Of a stretch of 64,000 nucleotides of DNA, positions 24,200 through 38,574 are shown piece after piece. A program made the translations under genes and the position numbers. How positions within the stretch are numbered: the stretch's first letter is position 1; every line of letters begins with the position of its first letter. The notes beneath the pieces were generated by a model. It was not told where the DNA came from. It saw only the letters and a program-made list of their open reading frames with translations, and did not search any database. This stretch comes from Schmidtea polychroa (Eukaryota): the NCBI GenBank assembly GCA_044892525.1, contig CM097887.1, positions 7,812,001 through 7,876,000 on the forward strand, read 5' to 3'.

Positions 24200-26800
24200 C
24201 GGTTTTGTATCATCTCGATTTATTTTTTATATCAAGGACATTGAGAAGTACCACAGATCTTCTATGCCCGTTAAGATTTTTCTCTGAATTTACTTGGTGT
24301 AAGCTTATAGCTATTTCCTAAATAGTCAATCATAAGAATAGGGACATGTGAGGCATCTGGTACAGTCACTTCTGATTTGCTGAATAAAAGCATAACTCAT
24401 CCGAGAGATAACTTATTCAATGCGTCATGAGTCGATGGAGATTTTGATAGGAATCATAGGTTTATGATGAGTTATTGTTGAGATATAGTGAAACATCTTT
24501 TCCATGGTCAAAAATTTTTTTCTTATGATCTCAATCATTTATAATTTTTCGGAATCTTTTTCTTTTATATAAACGATATTTTTCGAAAATTTTCCCAAGT
24601 ATTTTGGAAATTAATATTATAATTTTTATTTTCAATGACCGCCCCCATTCCCTCATTACAATTCTTTTAATTTTCCATATATCCAATAAAAACCCATCCC
24701 TATTTTTTTAAATTTTTCCAAGTATTTTTGAACATAGACACAATTTGGAAAAAGCTGTAGGATTTTTAAACAAGAGCCCCCCATTAAATATTTTCTAAGA
24801 CCCTTACCAATTTTATGTTTTACATGTTAATACAACATANNNNNNNNNNNNNNNNNNNNNNNNNNNNNNNNNNNNNNNNNNNNNNNNNNNNNNNNNNNNN
24901 NNNNNNNNNNNNNNNNNNNNNNNNNNNNNNNNNNNNNNNNNNNNNNNNNNNNNNNNNNNNNNNNNNNNNNNNNNNNNNNNNNNNNNNNNNNNNNNNNNNN
25001 NNNNNNNNNNNNNNNNNNNNNNNNNNNNNNNNNNNNNNNNNNNNNNNNNNNNNTGCATTTATACTGCACAATATTTTGTCAATCATGTTTTTACTAAGTA
25101 ATATACATGGAGTAATATGAATTATTTGATGTGTAATAAAGTTTAATTTTTTCAGTTAGTTAATATTTGATAATATATCAAATTATGATAATAATTTAAG
25201 AAAAATGAGGATACTCTGAATAATAGAAAATTCTAAATAAATCTCAAAATATTTGTATAAACAGAAATATATGAACAAAAAATATTTAAAACTCATTAAT
25301 TTAAAATACTGCAACGTAAAATATTCCTAAATTACCACGACGTCATATATTGTATAATGGATATTGTATTTATCTCTTTTATATTTCATTATTTACACGA
25401 TGAATATTAACAACACTAACAATGATGCTGCTAAGAGAAATAAGTAGATTACAAAATATGAAAGTAAGTTTCATCAGTATCCTCATTTTTTAAAAAATTG
25501 TCATAATTTTATATGTTAGATGATAGGGGCAGGTTCATTAACACATTTGTCCTAACAATTGACTATAGGACTGGGCCAAACAAATTCAGGGTGAATGTAT
25601 ATAGCGAAAGAGCTAGTCAGAAGAACCCTAGCTAATCAATTGAACAATTCAGATGAATTGTACAACGTAAAGCAGTCAGACACTTCTACAGAATTAACAA
25701 TCTAAAATACTTCGTGTGATCTTGTAACTATTTTAGAACATTAATTTGATTATTTATTGATTTTATATTGGATGATTTTACATTGGTTATGTTATCACAT
25801 TGCTTTCATGACTTTGAGTATGTTATTATGTTAATAAAATATATATATATAAAATATCACATGTGGAGATTTTAATAATTATAAAATACTTCAATAGATC
25901 ATTAAATGTTAAATTATTAATTAAATAAAATGTTTAACAAATATTTGGCCATATTTAATGAATAATTAAATAAAATCAAAGAAAAAATTCTTTTAAATAA
26001 ACAATTGGAAAAATTCCATTAAATAAAATTGAATAATAAATAGGCACAATTTCCTGATAAGAATAAATGAAATAAAAAGCTTTTCTAGAATCTTAAATAA
26101 ATAATTTTAAATAACAAATAAATTGAAATATAAAATAAATGAATATTTTTTAACGAATTTTGTAAAAAATATAAAGTAAATTTAGTCAACACAATGATAA
26201 CCCAAAATATTTTATATAAATAGCGCTCACCCTATTTCAAACAATAAATTTTAGAAGGAAATCCTTTGAAAATATAAAAAATACAACAGTACAAAATTTG
26301 AAAAAATTTTAGGTGAAAACATTATCATTCTTACATAAATAATGAAACAAGCACCATGGTCAAGGAACATAAACATATACCTGCATTATTTGGTTTAAAT
26401 CATTTTTGTCATACTTTTATTATCTGATAAGTGATATATTTATTTATAAGAACCAGTAAGTATTTTCGAAAAATACCAGTTTTGTAAAGAAAGAAGCCAA
26501 AATAAAAATTAAATGATTGCGATCATTAAAATAAAATTCTTGACGGGAAAAAATATTCTCCATGACTCAGTCTTTGTTATATCTCGACAATGACTAATCA
26601 CATACATCCATGAGTCATACTAAAATATCCACGACTCATGACACATCGAATGAGTCATGCTTTTATTCAGCCAATCTGAAGCAACTGTACCAGATAGCTC
26701 ACATGTTCATACTTCAAACGATTTATTGTTCATTAAATAACTTAAATATCTATATTCATTATTGCAATCGCTCACAAAGGTACTTTTCAAGTTCTAGAAT
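24200..26800. repeat. Diverged inverted repeat pair (~24200-24590 vs ~26460-26800) rich in TGAGTCA-like sites
   Basis: Reverse complement gatgagttatgcttttattcagcaaatcagaagtgactgtaccagatgcctcacatgt vs aatgagtcatgcttttattcagccaatctgaagcaactgtaccagatagctcacatgt; similarity extends in both directions. Confidence 0.75.
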
Positions 26801-28099
26801 AAATTACGTCTATTTTACTAAGTAGAGGTATTTTTTGAGGTGGTTCACCTGCCCTTTTATAGATTTTAACAAGAAATAATTTTATTGAAGAAATTTACAA
26901 GATTTTATGAAAATAAAAATCAAAATCGGCTAAATACATTTATTAAACTTTTATCGCCACAATTTTTGTTGTAGTGTATCATTCATTAAGCCTTAATGAT
27001 TAAGGAACAATATCTCTAAAGTGAATAATTAAAAAGACTTAGTTTTATTGTCTTTATTAGTCATGTCTTTGTTAATCATACACTTAATAATCAAAATGTT
27101 TTTTATTAAAATATTTAAAAAATCTGCTTAATATCTTTATTTAATAATACACAGATTATACACGTTAAAATCCAAGAGCAAGTCTTGCACGTTCTATTCA
27201 CCATATTGGAGAAAATATATTATTTTGATCTACTTTAATTCCTTGTAAAGTTAAAGTGTTAAACCAGTTTTGATTCTCTGGGAGAATGATTTCCAGAAAA
27301 GTATAAAATCATAACGGACATTCGAAAATGCAGTTGTAATCGCTTAAATATAGCTATTTATTTTACTAAAAACATTTTTAAGGCATCAATATCCTCATTT
27401 GAGGTAGCCATTAGATGCGGATGTTTGCTTAGTTTCACTGGATTTGTCAACTTGATTTCTATTGGCAAATTTGAAAAAAAAAAGATTTTGTAATTGTGGT
27501 ATAATTGAATTGGATGCAATTAAACTCCAAAATTTATTGGATTTTCTTTTCTTGTTTTTCAGCCATCATTTTCTTGGCCATTTGCAAAGATTCATTTGTG
27601 TGTGTTGCGTCTGCCTTGTTTAAGTTACACTTGTGTTGGATTCACTTTGTTTGCTCTCAAATTTTAATGTTATTTTACTGTTTACATAAAATATTTTAAA
27701 ATAATACTGATTACAGCAGTCATTTTTTCTATTTACTAACAAAAACATTTATATAAACATTTATTGATTATCAACAACACACGAAAAATAATATTTTCGC
27801 AACTACTCTCGCAATAGTTGATTGACATGGATACCAAGCCTATCGATACATGTTTCGCACTCATAAGCACAAATTGATGGATGGTCAATTTGTTGCAAAT
27901 CTTCTTAATTAAAATTTAGATGTTGTTGGAGAATCTATTCCAAATCAATCCCGTTGCGAACATAATTCTGAACCGCAGCACATAAGTTCCGACAAGATTT
28001 TCGGACACAACTCCTTAATTTTACCGAATTATTAACGAATGAGATGTAATCTAAATTTTGAAGCTCTAACACAACAATTTTTCCACTTGAAAAAATATT

Positions 28100-28516
28100 G
28101 ACCCGTATTGGTTATATTTTAAGTATCAAGGCTGGAAATACTTGGTGTTCAAACATGCATTCAGTTTTTTGAGACAATCTATATGGATTAATACATTTTG
28201 TCAAATCAAAGTTCGACAAGCTATAAAATCAATGTTCCAGATGGTAACCTTAATAATTTACAAAGAATTTGATAAAGAATTTTACAAAAGTAAAGTGACA
28301 CAAGTTCTTAATAAAAGAAATCATTATTCTGTACATTCTCAATATAGAACCACTCATGTTGAACGATTTAATAGAACATTGAGAGATAGACTCAAACGAT
28401 TTTTTGTACATCAAGAAATAAAACATGGATTAATGTTTTACAGAAAATCAAACAGTTATAATCATTCACCACATAGAGGTTTAAATAGATTATCAATTCA
28501 TCAAAAATTATGTTGA
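28100..28516 (+). pseudogene. Polinton/Maverick-type retroviral-like integrase core remnant
   Basis: FDKEFYKSKV..YSVHS..HVERFNRTLRDRL..YNHSPHRGL is a c-integrase DDE core pattern; first catalytic region degenerate. Confidence 0.8.
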
Positions 28517-30029
28517 TTTTGTAGATTTTTAAGATGTGCTATCGACTGAAAATTAAGTTTCTATTACAAAAAAGTAAATTAATGTAACATATTTTGAAGA
28601 AAAAATGTCACCTGTGTAATTAAAGTAAAGCTTAAATAAGTAATAACTTTTAAATCTATGATACGATATTTTAAAGAATCGATGCCTTATAAGAAATTAA
28701 GTTAAATCTAAGTAATAATTTAAAGTAATAATTTTACAAATGAATTTATTTAATGTAATATTTTTAAATAAAACTCTAACTTCTGAGAAATAATGTAATA
28801 TAATGAAATTTTTAATGAAATAATTTTCTAATTTAATTTTTAATGCAAATTTTTGTGAAAATATTTAAAATGAATAATAATAATAATAGTCAAGGAAAAA
28901 TATTAGAAAAAAGTTTAAAAAATCAACGATTGGAAAACATCATAAAAAGGAATTTCAAGAAAGATCAAAGAAAATACAATAAATAAAAGAAATTTTTAAG
29001 AAAAGTCCAGAAAATAAGAAAAGATACTCGAGGATTTTACACCAAAATTCTATTTCGGCAGTTTTCCGCGAAAGATAAATTATAATAGAAAGCAAAGAGA
29101 ATATTTACAAAATATTTAAAATTTTTGATATAAAACAAGGTCTCATAAAGTAAACAATCTATCTGAAATAAAATAAAAATTAAATTATAATATAATAAAT
29201 ATAATAAATTATAATAAAATTTAAAAAATAAATTAGATGAAAATAAATAATATTTTTGTCTGGGAATCTGAATATAATTTTTCAAAATGAAATAATAAAT
29301 ATTAATTTATTATTAATAATAATAATAATAACTATATTAATAAAAATAGTAATAATAAATTCTAAATTTCATCAAGTTAAAAAGATCAGTGATATATACA
29401 ATTTATTTTGTTGTCATAGTTAAAACAATCCAACATCAAAAATTGGTACTTAAATCAGTAAATCTGTAGAATAGATTAATAACCAAGTAAGATAATAAAA
29501 GCAGTTGAACATTTTTAATTGGCTATTTAATGGATCAGTATTTTTATTCTGATATATCAGTATTTTAAATAAATGGTCAGTATATTATTTATTTGTTCAG
29601 TAGAAAAAAATGAATTGTTAGTATTTTTAGATTAAGTATTCTTTTATCAGTACATTTAATGAATTTTCAGTTTTAATATAATTTTGTCAGTGTAATTAAT
29701 CAATTATCAGTATTTAAATTAATTTATAAGTCGAAAAATTAAATCATCAGTTATTTAAATTGAATATATAAAGTTTATATTATAAACCATTAATTGATAA
29801 GTTTTAAGAATTAAATTAAATTATTTTTTTTAATTGAGTTGTTTAAAATAAGTAAAAATATAATTTTATCAAAATAAAATTGAATTGTTAGTCATCCCAA
29901 ATATATTTGAATTTAAATTAAAATTTTAAATTTAATATTAAAAAACCTTTCAAATATGGCAAAAAACACATTAGCACCCTATATCTCCAATTAAGAAACT
30001 GAATCGATTATATCAAACGTTCCCCACCA

Positions 30030-31265
30030 ACCAAGAAGAACGAAAAGACAAGGAAATTGGAAAGAGGAAAAGATTTGTGCCAGCAAAGTCGAAGCTTTGA
30101 TTTAAATTAATAAAGATACATGGAGCTTTCATTATCAAAACAAAACAAACGATGATAAAAAAATCTATTATAGATGGCATACTGTATTCATTTTGGCGAC
30201 GAAGGTGATGAAAACGAAGATGGAGAAGATGAAGATGCATCTAAATTCAGAATATTTATTTCAACTAAGCACCTACTGAAATTAGCAAGTAAATCAAACA
30301 ATATTCATGCTGATGGAACATACAAGTTAATTTGGGAAGGAAAGCAAGTTTTAATCATTGGAATTTAGTGATATGGGCCGTCATTTTCACCCGTTTGGAA
30401 TATGTATTTGCTATAATGAAAAAACAAAAGATTTCAAATTTATGTTTCAATCATTATTAGATGGCTTAACAAAATTAGGCGAAAGTTGTCAATTTTGGAT
30501 GCTGCAGCTGCTATACGAAACGCTTTTACTCAAGTTTTAGGAAACAACAAAGTTTTAATAATATGTTGGGCTCACATGAGACACAATATTGATCATAACT
30601 TACATTTACTTGACCCAGAATATAAAGACAAAGTTTTAAATGATATCGACACAATTCAAATTACTAGCAACTTCGAAATATTTGAAAAAGCAAAACACCT
30701 ATTTATAAAAAAATAGAAGCAAAAATGTTTTGTTGATTACATGAAGCAAATGTGGTTTAGTACTCATCAAAATTGGTATGAAGGAGCAGCTGAGTTTACA
30801 CCATCAACAAAAAATGCATTAGAATCATTTAATCTAGTAATCATGAAAGAAGATACATTAAGAGAACGTCTACCTGTAGCGAAGTCTTTGAATTTATGTT
30901 TGGAATCAACAAAAAAATGGTCGACTGAATATTTTCATGGTGATAAAGTTTATGATTGAAACTTCAATTAATTTAAAAGCTTGGACAGAAATTTCATCAA
31001 ACGATTGTGAAGATACAGTAGAGTATTACTGTCCAGCTGGTGATGAAATCATAATATCAAATGAAGAAATACTTAATATCAAGCAAACGCGTTGGAATAC
31101 TTATGAACAAATTCAAAAAAAGAACTTTCAGTGCTTGGATCGTGCAAATGCTAAAGAATAACGACGAATGGAAAAAAGGAAAATGCAAACATCTTATTGG
31201 CATCCTATTCGATTAAAATTAACAAAGCCACCCAGTGAAGCAAAAAATATTCCAATATGTGAAAA
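30030..31265 (+). pseudogene. Mutator-like (MULE) transposase, frameshifted
   Basis: HADGTYKLIWEG..SDMGRHFHPFG, DAAAAIRNAF..ICWAHM (CxxH), N.LESFN..K and SWIM-like CKHLIG; atggtcagtat subterminal repeats near 29530-29590 and 31400-31550. Confidence 0.9.
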
Positions 31266-32074
31266 AGGACAAAAGCAAGTAAAGCCCTATTAATTGATTA
31301 ATCTTTTGCTTTATAAGACACGAAATCGAAGCACCCTAACAGATTTTTGGGAAATTTCAACATTCAATTAAAAAAACGCAATAAACATAGGCTACTATTT
31401 AATGGGTCAGTATTTTAAATTAAATTTCAATTATTTACTAAAAAAATTTATTATTATGCTGATAGTTTATTTTAAATACTGAGCATTTTTTTAATTCTTA
31501 CTGTTATAATTAAGTATAAAATACTGACCATTTAAAAATATATATACTGACCAATTATTATTAAATACTTACACTTTAATTAATCCCCTTTTTAATTGTT
31601 ATCAGTATTAGGGAAAGGCTTTGTTGATTAAGAAAAGTTGTGTTGCTAAGAAGTGTTAAAATTCGGAACAAGTAATTTGATTCAGGTTATGTAATTTAAT
31701 TTAGATTAAATATATCAAAATTAATTAGTAGGGAGTTAGTGGCCCGCGGCAGCAATAGGGGGGGGGGGGGTAAAAAATGTTGCAAACTTTTGATTGCATA
31801 ACTTTTTCCGTAGACATTTTTTGATTACATAATTGTTGCCGTAATGCCCAATGTTTTCTGGGATTTTAAATACAATTTTTTTTTTTTTTTTTTTTTTTTT
31901 TTCAATAAACAAGCCAAGGATAAATATTATTTGGGTGGGTCTCCTTGGTCCTGAGAATTTCAATAGAAAAAGGTAGTCTTCAATAAAAAAGCATGGATTT
32001 TTCACACTATAGTGAGGGGATCTTCTTGGTCATGAGAATTTCAATAGAAAAGGTGGTTTACATTAAAAAACGCA

Positions 32075-32670
32075 TAGTAAATTTTTAAAATAAAGTAAAT
32101 TATGGGTCTAAAATTTAAAAATAAAGTAAATGATGGGTCTAAAAATTTAAGTAAATCAAGGTTCAGATTTATTTTTGAAATAAAGTAAATTATGGGCTAA
32201 GATTTTTCAATTAAAGTAAATAATGGTTCTAAAAAATTAAATTACAGTAAATTATGGTCCAAATTTTTAAATTAAAGTAAATTATGGTTCTTAAAAATTA
32301 AATTAAAGTAAATTATGGTCAAAATTTTTGAATTACAGTCCAAAAATTTAAATTAAAGTAAATTATGATCCAAATTTTTAAATTAAAGTAAATAATGGTT
32401 CTAAAAAATTAAATTAAAGTAAATAATGGTCCAAATATTTTATATTACAGTAAATAATGGTTCTAAAAATTAAATTACAGTAAATAATGGTCAAAAATTT
32501 TAAAATTAAAGTAAATTATGGTTCTAAAAATTAAATTAAAGTTAATTAAGGTCCAAATTTTAAAATTAAATAATCAATGGTAAAAAAAAATTTAAATTAA
32601 AGTTAAATAAGTAAATTAAAGTAATAATTTTTAAATAAGTAAATTAAAGTAATGTAATAAGTAAATTAAA
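32075..32670. repeat. Tandem array of a ~32-bp unit (aaattaaagtaaattatggt[cc/tc]aaaa..)
   Basis: Roughly 15 degenerate copies downstream of the left polymerase. Confidence 0.9.
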
Positions 32671-32860
32671 GTAAGATTTTTAAATTTATTAACAAAAATA
32701 GAAGGTGTTTGAGAATTGAAATTTTTTAATGGAAATTTTAATGAATTATTTTTTAAGTAATTTTTAATAGAAATTTTTATGAATAATTTTCAATGGTAAT
32801 TTTTAATGGAAATTTTAATAGAATAATTTTTAAGATAATTTTTAATGAAAATTTTTATGA

Positions 32861-32916
<56 letters not shown>

Positions 32917-33103
32917 TAATATTAATAATATATCAACCAAATACTATACAACACATAAAAAATTAACTAAACACATAAAAATAACTAGACACATAACAAA
33001 ACATATAAACATTAACTAAACACATAAAAATGAACTAGACACATAACAAACATAAAAATTTACCAAATAACAAATGTAAAGATATAAAATTTATTCAATA
33101 AAA

Positions 33104-36100
33104 TTAGTCCTCATCGGACAAAATAACGTCATCGATATCGATGTCATCTTCTCCAAAATCTTCATTTAATTCTTCCTCATCTTCTCCATCATTTTCTCCA
33201 ACATTTTCTGAAACATTTTCTGCAACAATTTCTCCAACATTTTCTCCAATATTTAATTCACTTAATCTTACATGCCCATATGCAAGACTAGTATTTTGCC
33301 CCACCCAAACCCTTTTGTCATCTTTGTTAGTTAGTGCTATTTTTGTGTTTTTAATTGTAAAAATTTGATGATTTTTGCTTGTTATTTTAGTCTGAGGAAC
33401 CGAAAAAATCTGGTTAGTGTTATAACAATCCAGGTATGACTGATGTTTTATGTCACTACCTTTCAATGTTACACCTTTAGCCTTTTTTGTTTCCTCATCA
33501 CCCAACAAGCTATAACATTTAGGTCTAAGAAAAACCCACTCCTTATATTTAAGACCTTTATTCTCGTCTTTGAACTTTCCAATGACTGAATCAAGGTTCT
33601 TACTATATAAGGAATGACAACTATTGTAATTGGAAGTATCCAATAAATTATCTCGAACCATTGCAGGTAAAAGAACCTCAAGTTTGCAGTTAATGACTTC
33701 GAGGAAAAAAGAATCTGTATCACCTGCAACGATATTAATTTTACAATTAAACTCATTGCGAAATGATTCCAGATCCTTATATTGCAATTCATACATTCTA
33801 AGTTTAGATAGATCAAGTACAGATTGACCAATGTAACTCGGTCTATCTAAACATATAGAATCGGAATTCAATAGTGCTGCAATTAAATTATCTGCTATTT
33901 TAATAGATTTTTTAAAAGTCGGTTTTGACGAATATTTAACTAATTTACCGGCAGTTGTACAAAGACGAAGATTCATTCTTCTCTTTAAATTTTCAACTGT
34001 TTTGCCGTATAAACTATTATTTAGCAATTTATAATAATTTTTATCTAAGCTATTTACGCTTTTTGATCTTAATTCGGTATTTGTATCTATATATTTTTTA
34101 AAAATTGGTGATTGCTTAAATCTTACACCCCTATTTACACGTGTTACTTTAACACCAAGTTCCAAATATAATTTTAATAATCTCCAATGAATAACATAAT
34201 TAGATTTTGGAAGATGAGTTAATAATAATTTTTCAACCTTAGACCCAGCAGGTTTCATTTTTTCAGCAGCTACAGGGAAATGATCCAACTTATCATGAAG
34301 CTCAGAAGGAATTACAAGATCAACTTCAAGTGTGTATCCATAAGACAAAGATTCAAGATTTAAATTCCTACATTCATCCATTATTTTATCAAATCCATCA
34401 AGAACCCAACAAAATTCGCCACAAGGTAATGATTGACTTAAAGCCCAGCCATAAAGATTATTAATATCTATATATAGTAACTCAGTGTTCTCGTCGGTTT
34501 TTACGTAATGCTTATTCACAAAAGTAAGACCGCCTCTTATTCCACCCTCATAAAAGCTAAACATTTCGTTTTCAGTTATGAGTTCAATTGGTTCATTTAA
34601 AGACATTAATGCAGAAGACCAAGACATGCCTGGAATTCCGAAATAATTCAATGGTTCCAATCTATTGTGAGCAATGGATTTCAACCGAAACTGATGAAAG
34701 AAATCAGCCAAAAGAAAACAATCAAGTTTTAGGTAGATCATCATATAATCTAATAAAGTTACGCAATTAGTTTCTACCCAAATCTCCTGAGCTTTTTCAT
34801 ACTCAAGCTCAGTGACACCCTCCCAGATTGGTGGTAATTCATAAGTAGTTTGGAGAATATCTAAAGAAGTGGCGAAATTATAAGGGAAGATTCCTTTTTC
34901 ACTTACTATGGTGCCAGAAAAAGCAGAATTAGTAAAAGGCAAAGAATTCAAAGTTTTGACTGCTTTAGCCAAAGAATCATTGACAAATTGATACGAATCA
35001 ATGAATCTTAGGCTAATTTTACCTAAATGAGCAATCAAAGATATAAATTTTTCCGTAGTTATTGGGATGCACCCTAAATTCCAATTTTTAAATTTATTTA
35101 ATCCATATTTAAGTATATGGTGCATATCGTATCCCTTCAAGTTGTGAAATACGATAGGCAAAATTTTATTTATTTTCCTATTTACGTTACATGTGCTACA
35201 AGCTGCACCCAAGTATTTCCCCGTAAAATGATCGTGATCTCTAACAGGATCGACGATAGATTTCATACAAAGATAACAAACAGATGCACTAACAAATTGA
35301 CGTTGTTCAATTTTTGTTAATTTCATCATAGGTTTCCTACCCATTTTATAATAAAAAGGAAGAACCTTATTTAATGCTATATCCTCTATAGCACTTAAAA
35401 AACTCTCGACGCAATCTAAACCTATGAACTGCTGATAAGATTTAGATCCGTCAAAGTTATTTACAAGTAAAAGACCAGCAGATATTGGCATGTGTCGTTG
35501 GAAATGATCATTATCAGAAGGTAAAATAGCCTCAAAATCTGCATAAACTACAAAAGGAGGAGTTACTGTTTTCGACCAGTCAGTAAACTGTAATAATTTA
35601 TTTTGAGGGAAGGTGTAAAGAGTTGTTCCTAATTGATTACGTTTACATAATATTTCATGTTTTTCTAGTGCGTGTTTATTATTAAACCCATTCAAACACC
35701 GATGGCACCATAATGAACGTATGCGTGTAGGACAACTAGTGTTGATATGACAATTCATTAACTTATTTAAATTACTTATAGCAACGTAATGGAAATTGTT
35801 TCCTTTATTTAATAATAGTAAATTAATTACAGTTCCATTTAAAACTTTGGAACGATGTATAATATCTAAATGTGGGTGTTTTAATACGTAATTATCTATT
35901 AATTGTTTGTTATTGTCATAAGAAAAAACGTTAATTATTAAGCCTGGATTTTTGGCCTCGAATTTTCTAATATCTTTTAATTTCATGGGTAAGTCCAATG
36001 GATTATATATTAATTCAGATAAATTATAACTGGATGTCCTATTTCTAGCATAACTACTAACCTCATCATATTTTAAAATAGCTAAAATGCTATATAAAAA

Positions 36101-37446
36101 ACATGAATCATCGGTGTTTTTTATATTAATTAAACAATATTTATTTTTTAGATAAGTAGGTGTTTCAATGAAACTCCTACCACTTAATCTACTTAGCCTA
36201 CTTATTTTTGTTATGGTGAAATGTATTTCAGTGATATTTTTTATATTCCAACTGCTTCCTAACTCAGTAATATTAGTAATTTTCTCATTTAATTCCTTAA
36301 TGCCTTCATCAAAAAATGATGCAGTTAAAGGCTTTGCATAATTTGAGATATTATTAACCTTTATTTCCCCGTCTTTTTCAAATTCGATTGTTATTCCGAA
36401 TTGAATTTTGACGGAGCCTAATTCGTTAATAATATCTCGTAATTTTTTTATTAGTTGTTCAGGAAATATTATTTCTTTTATATTTAAGTCGCTTGTATTT
36501 AAGCTTAATATTTGATGGGTACCTCTTAGATCTTTTTGTATTATTGGAACATTTCCACCTATTTGTATTATATTTAATCCATCCCAAGAGTCAAGGGAAA
36601 TATTATCTAATCCAACCTGGGATTCAACAACCAATCCATCATGGGATTCGACAACCAATCCATCATTGGATTCCACAAAAGGCAATCCGACCTGGGATTC
36701 AAAAGAAGAAGTATCTAATTTAATTTTTTTATTTTTATTATTTTTTTCTATAGTTGAGGGTCTTTTAAAAACACTATCTTTTTTAAAATTAAACCTATCT
36801 AAATGATTTTTATGTTTATTATAAAAAACGCTATATGTTACGGGGTCACTAGTCTTACATACGGGACATATAAAATAAGTTTTATTATAATATTTTTTCG
36901 TATAATAATTCTCCATTATAGAATGGCAATTATTATCATGTTCTTTCGATGAACAATAATTTGGGTAAAGTATACCTATAAAATAAAAATTTAATAAAAA
37001 AAAATATAATTTAAATGAAATATTTTAGTAAATGTTTACGCAAAAATTTGCAAATTATTATTATTTTACAAATTTTATTTACTAAAAAATAAAAATTTAC
37101 TAAATTAAAAATATTAACATTTACTTAAATAAAAAATTATATTAAATTTCCTTTAAATTATAAAAAGTAATCAATACTTACATTGTAAATTTTCATTTCG
37201 ATTTATTGACACATTGACATAATTTTTTTCTTTATTCGTATTACCTAAATTATTAATTAATTAAATCAATAAATTAAAAATTATGTTTACTTTTTCTTTT
37301 CAAATTTCCTTTAATCTTAGATTTTAAATTGTCTTCATTAATATTATCTAAATTAATTAATAAATTAATTAATAAATAAATTAAAATTTACCAAATTTCT
37401 GAATTTTTTCTCGGACATTCATAACGTTTTCTATTAAAGAATTCAT
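33104..37446 (-). CDS. Protein-primed DNA polymerase B, left copy; join(37446-37392, 37347-37291, 37244-37182, 36975-33104), ~1348 aa
   Basis: ExoI YADFE, ExoII HNLKGYD, ExoIII Y..LD, motif A YIDINNLYG, motif B KLLNNSLYGK, motif C AGDTDS, PKCY; endoVII-like CYLC..RDHDH..CSTC; three GT-AG introns (44, 46, 206 bp) give a 4047-nt stop-free frame. The 5' exons are a manual prediction. Confidence 0.9.
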
Positions 37447-37540
37447 TTTTAAAGGTTAACTATTTGTTAAATGTGACTAATGATTGATTATTGTTTATAG
37501 ATTATTATTGTTTATAGATTATTATTGTTCATAGGAACAA

Positions 37541-38556
37541 ATTCTAACCAATCAAAATCAAGGAAGGGTAGGAAAAATTAATTTATTTTAAAACACATTT
37601 TGACGCTAAAGTTGACTTATTTAACATTTTCATAATAATTTAATAAAAATAATGTGATGAACACACAAAGTAATATCATTTTTCATCAAATTGCAAAACA
37701 GTAATAACGTTTTCATAAAATTGTAACAAAGTAATAACATATTTCAGATAAATTTTCAACAGTTGTAAAATATTTATCAAATTGTAACTAAAATAATAAA
37801 AATATTGCAACAAAGTAATAAAATAATAATGGTAATTAAGACAAATCAATACATTATTTCGAAGACGGACAACAAATTAAAAAGAATATTGTAACTAAAA
37901 TAATAAAAATATTGCAACAAAGTAATAAAATAATACAACATTTTAAACTCTAGATCAATCCATTTTATAGAAAATTAAATTTTATCTATATAATATATGA
38001 ATAAATATCCAAGGAAATTACGTTAACGTATAATAAATACAAATTTATCGTAAAAACATGTGTGTATTACACACAAAACAAGATACATAATTTCTAATCA
38101 ATCCATTTTATAGAAAATTAAATTTTATCTATATATTATATGAATAAAATCCTAAGAAAATTACGTTAACTGTATGAAAAATACAAATTTATCATAAAAA
38201 CATGTGTGTATTACACACAACATACGAGACATAATTTTTAATCAAGCTATTTTATAGAAAATTAAATTTTATCTATATAATATATGAATAAAAATCCAAG
38301 AAAATTACGTTAACCGCGCGAAAAACTACAAATTTATTGTAAAAACATGTGTGCATTACACACAAAGCATCAAACTGAAATTGTAATTGCGCCATGTTGT
38401 AGAGAATTAAATTCTGCCTATACATGGTTACACTTAAATCTCGATCAGACATGTGAAAAGAGACATAAAAGATAAAAAACAGTAGAGTAGTATGATGTGT
38501 CCCCTCCCGGCCATGTCCCCTCCAGATCACATATACCCCCTCCCCCCCCCCCCCCC
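37541..38556 (-). repeat. Left inverted arm (TIR-like), ending in ATATACCCCCT(C)15
   Basis: Reverse complement of 39304-40464 at about 90-95% identity by eye; includes ~133-bp x3 internal repeats and a CCAAT element at the gene-proximal end. Confidence 0.95.
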
Positions 38557-38574
38557 GGGAAAAAAATTTTTTTT

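Noticed and set aside
14113-25120. ORFs containing X runs
   Set aside because: Artefacts of N gaps (14157-14290, 15464-15599, 18135-18290, ~22424-22696, 22791-22930, 24840-25053).
31757-31775. Poly-G tract as the matching second TIR of the left polymerase element
   Set aside because: No similarity to the arm sequence beyond the homopolymer.
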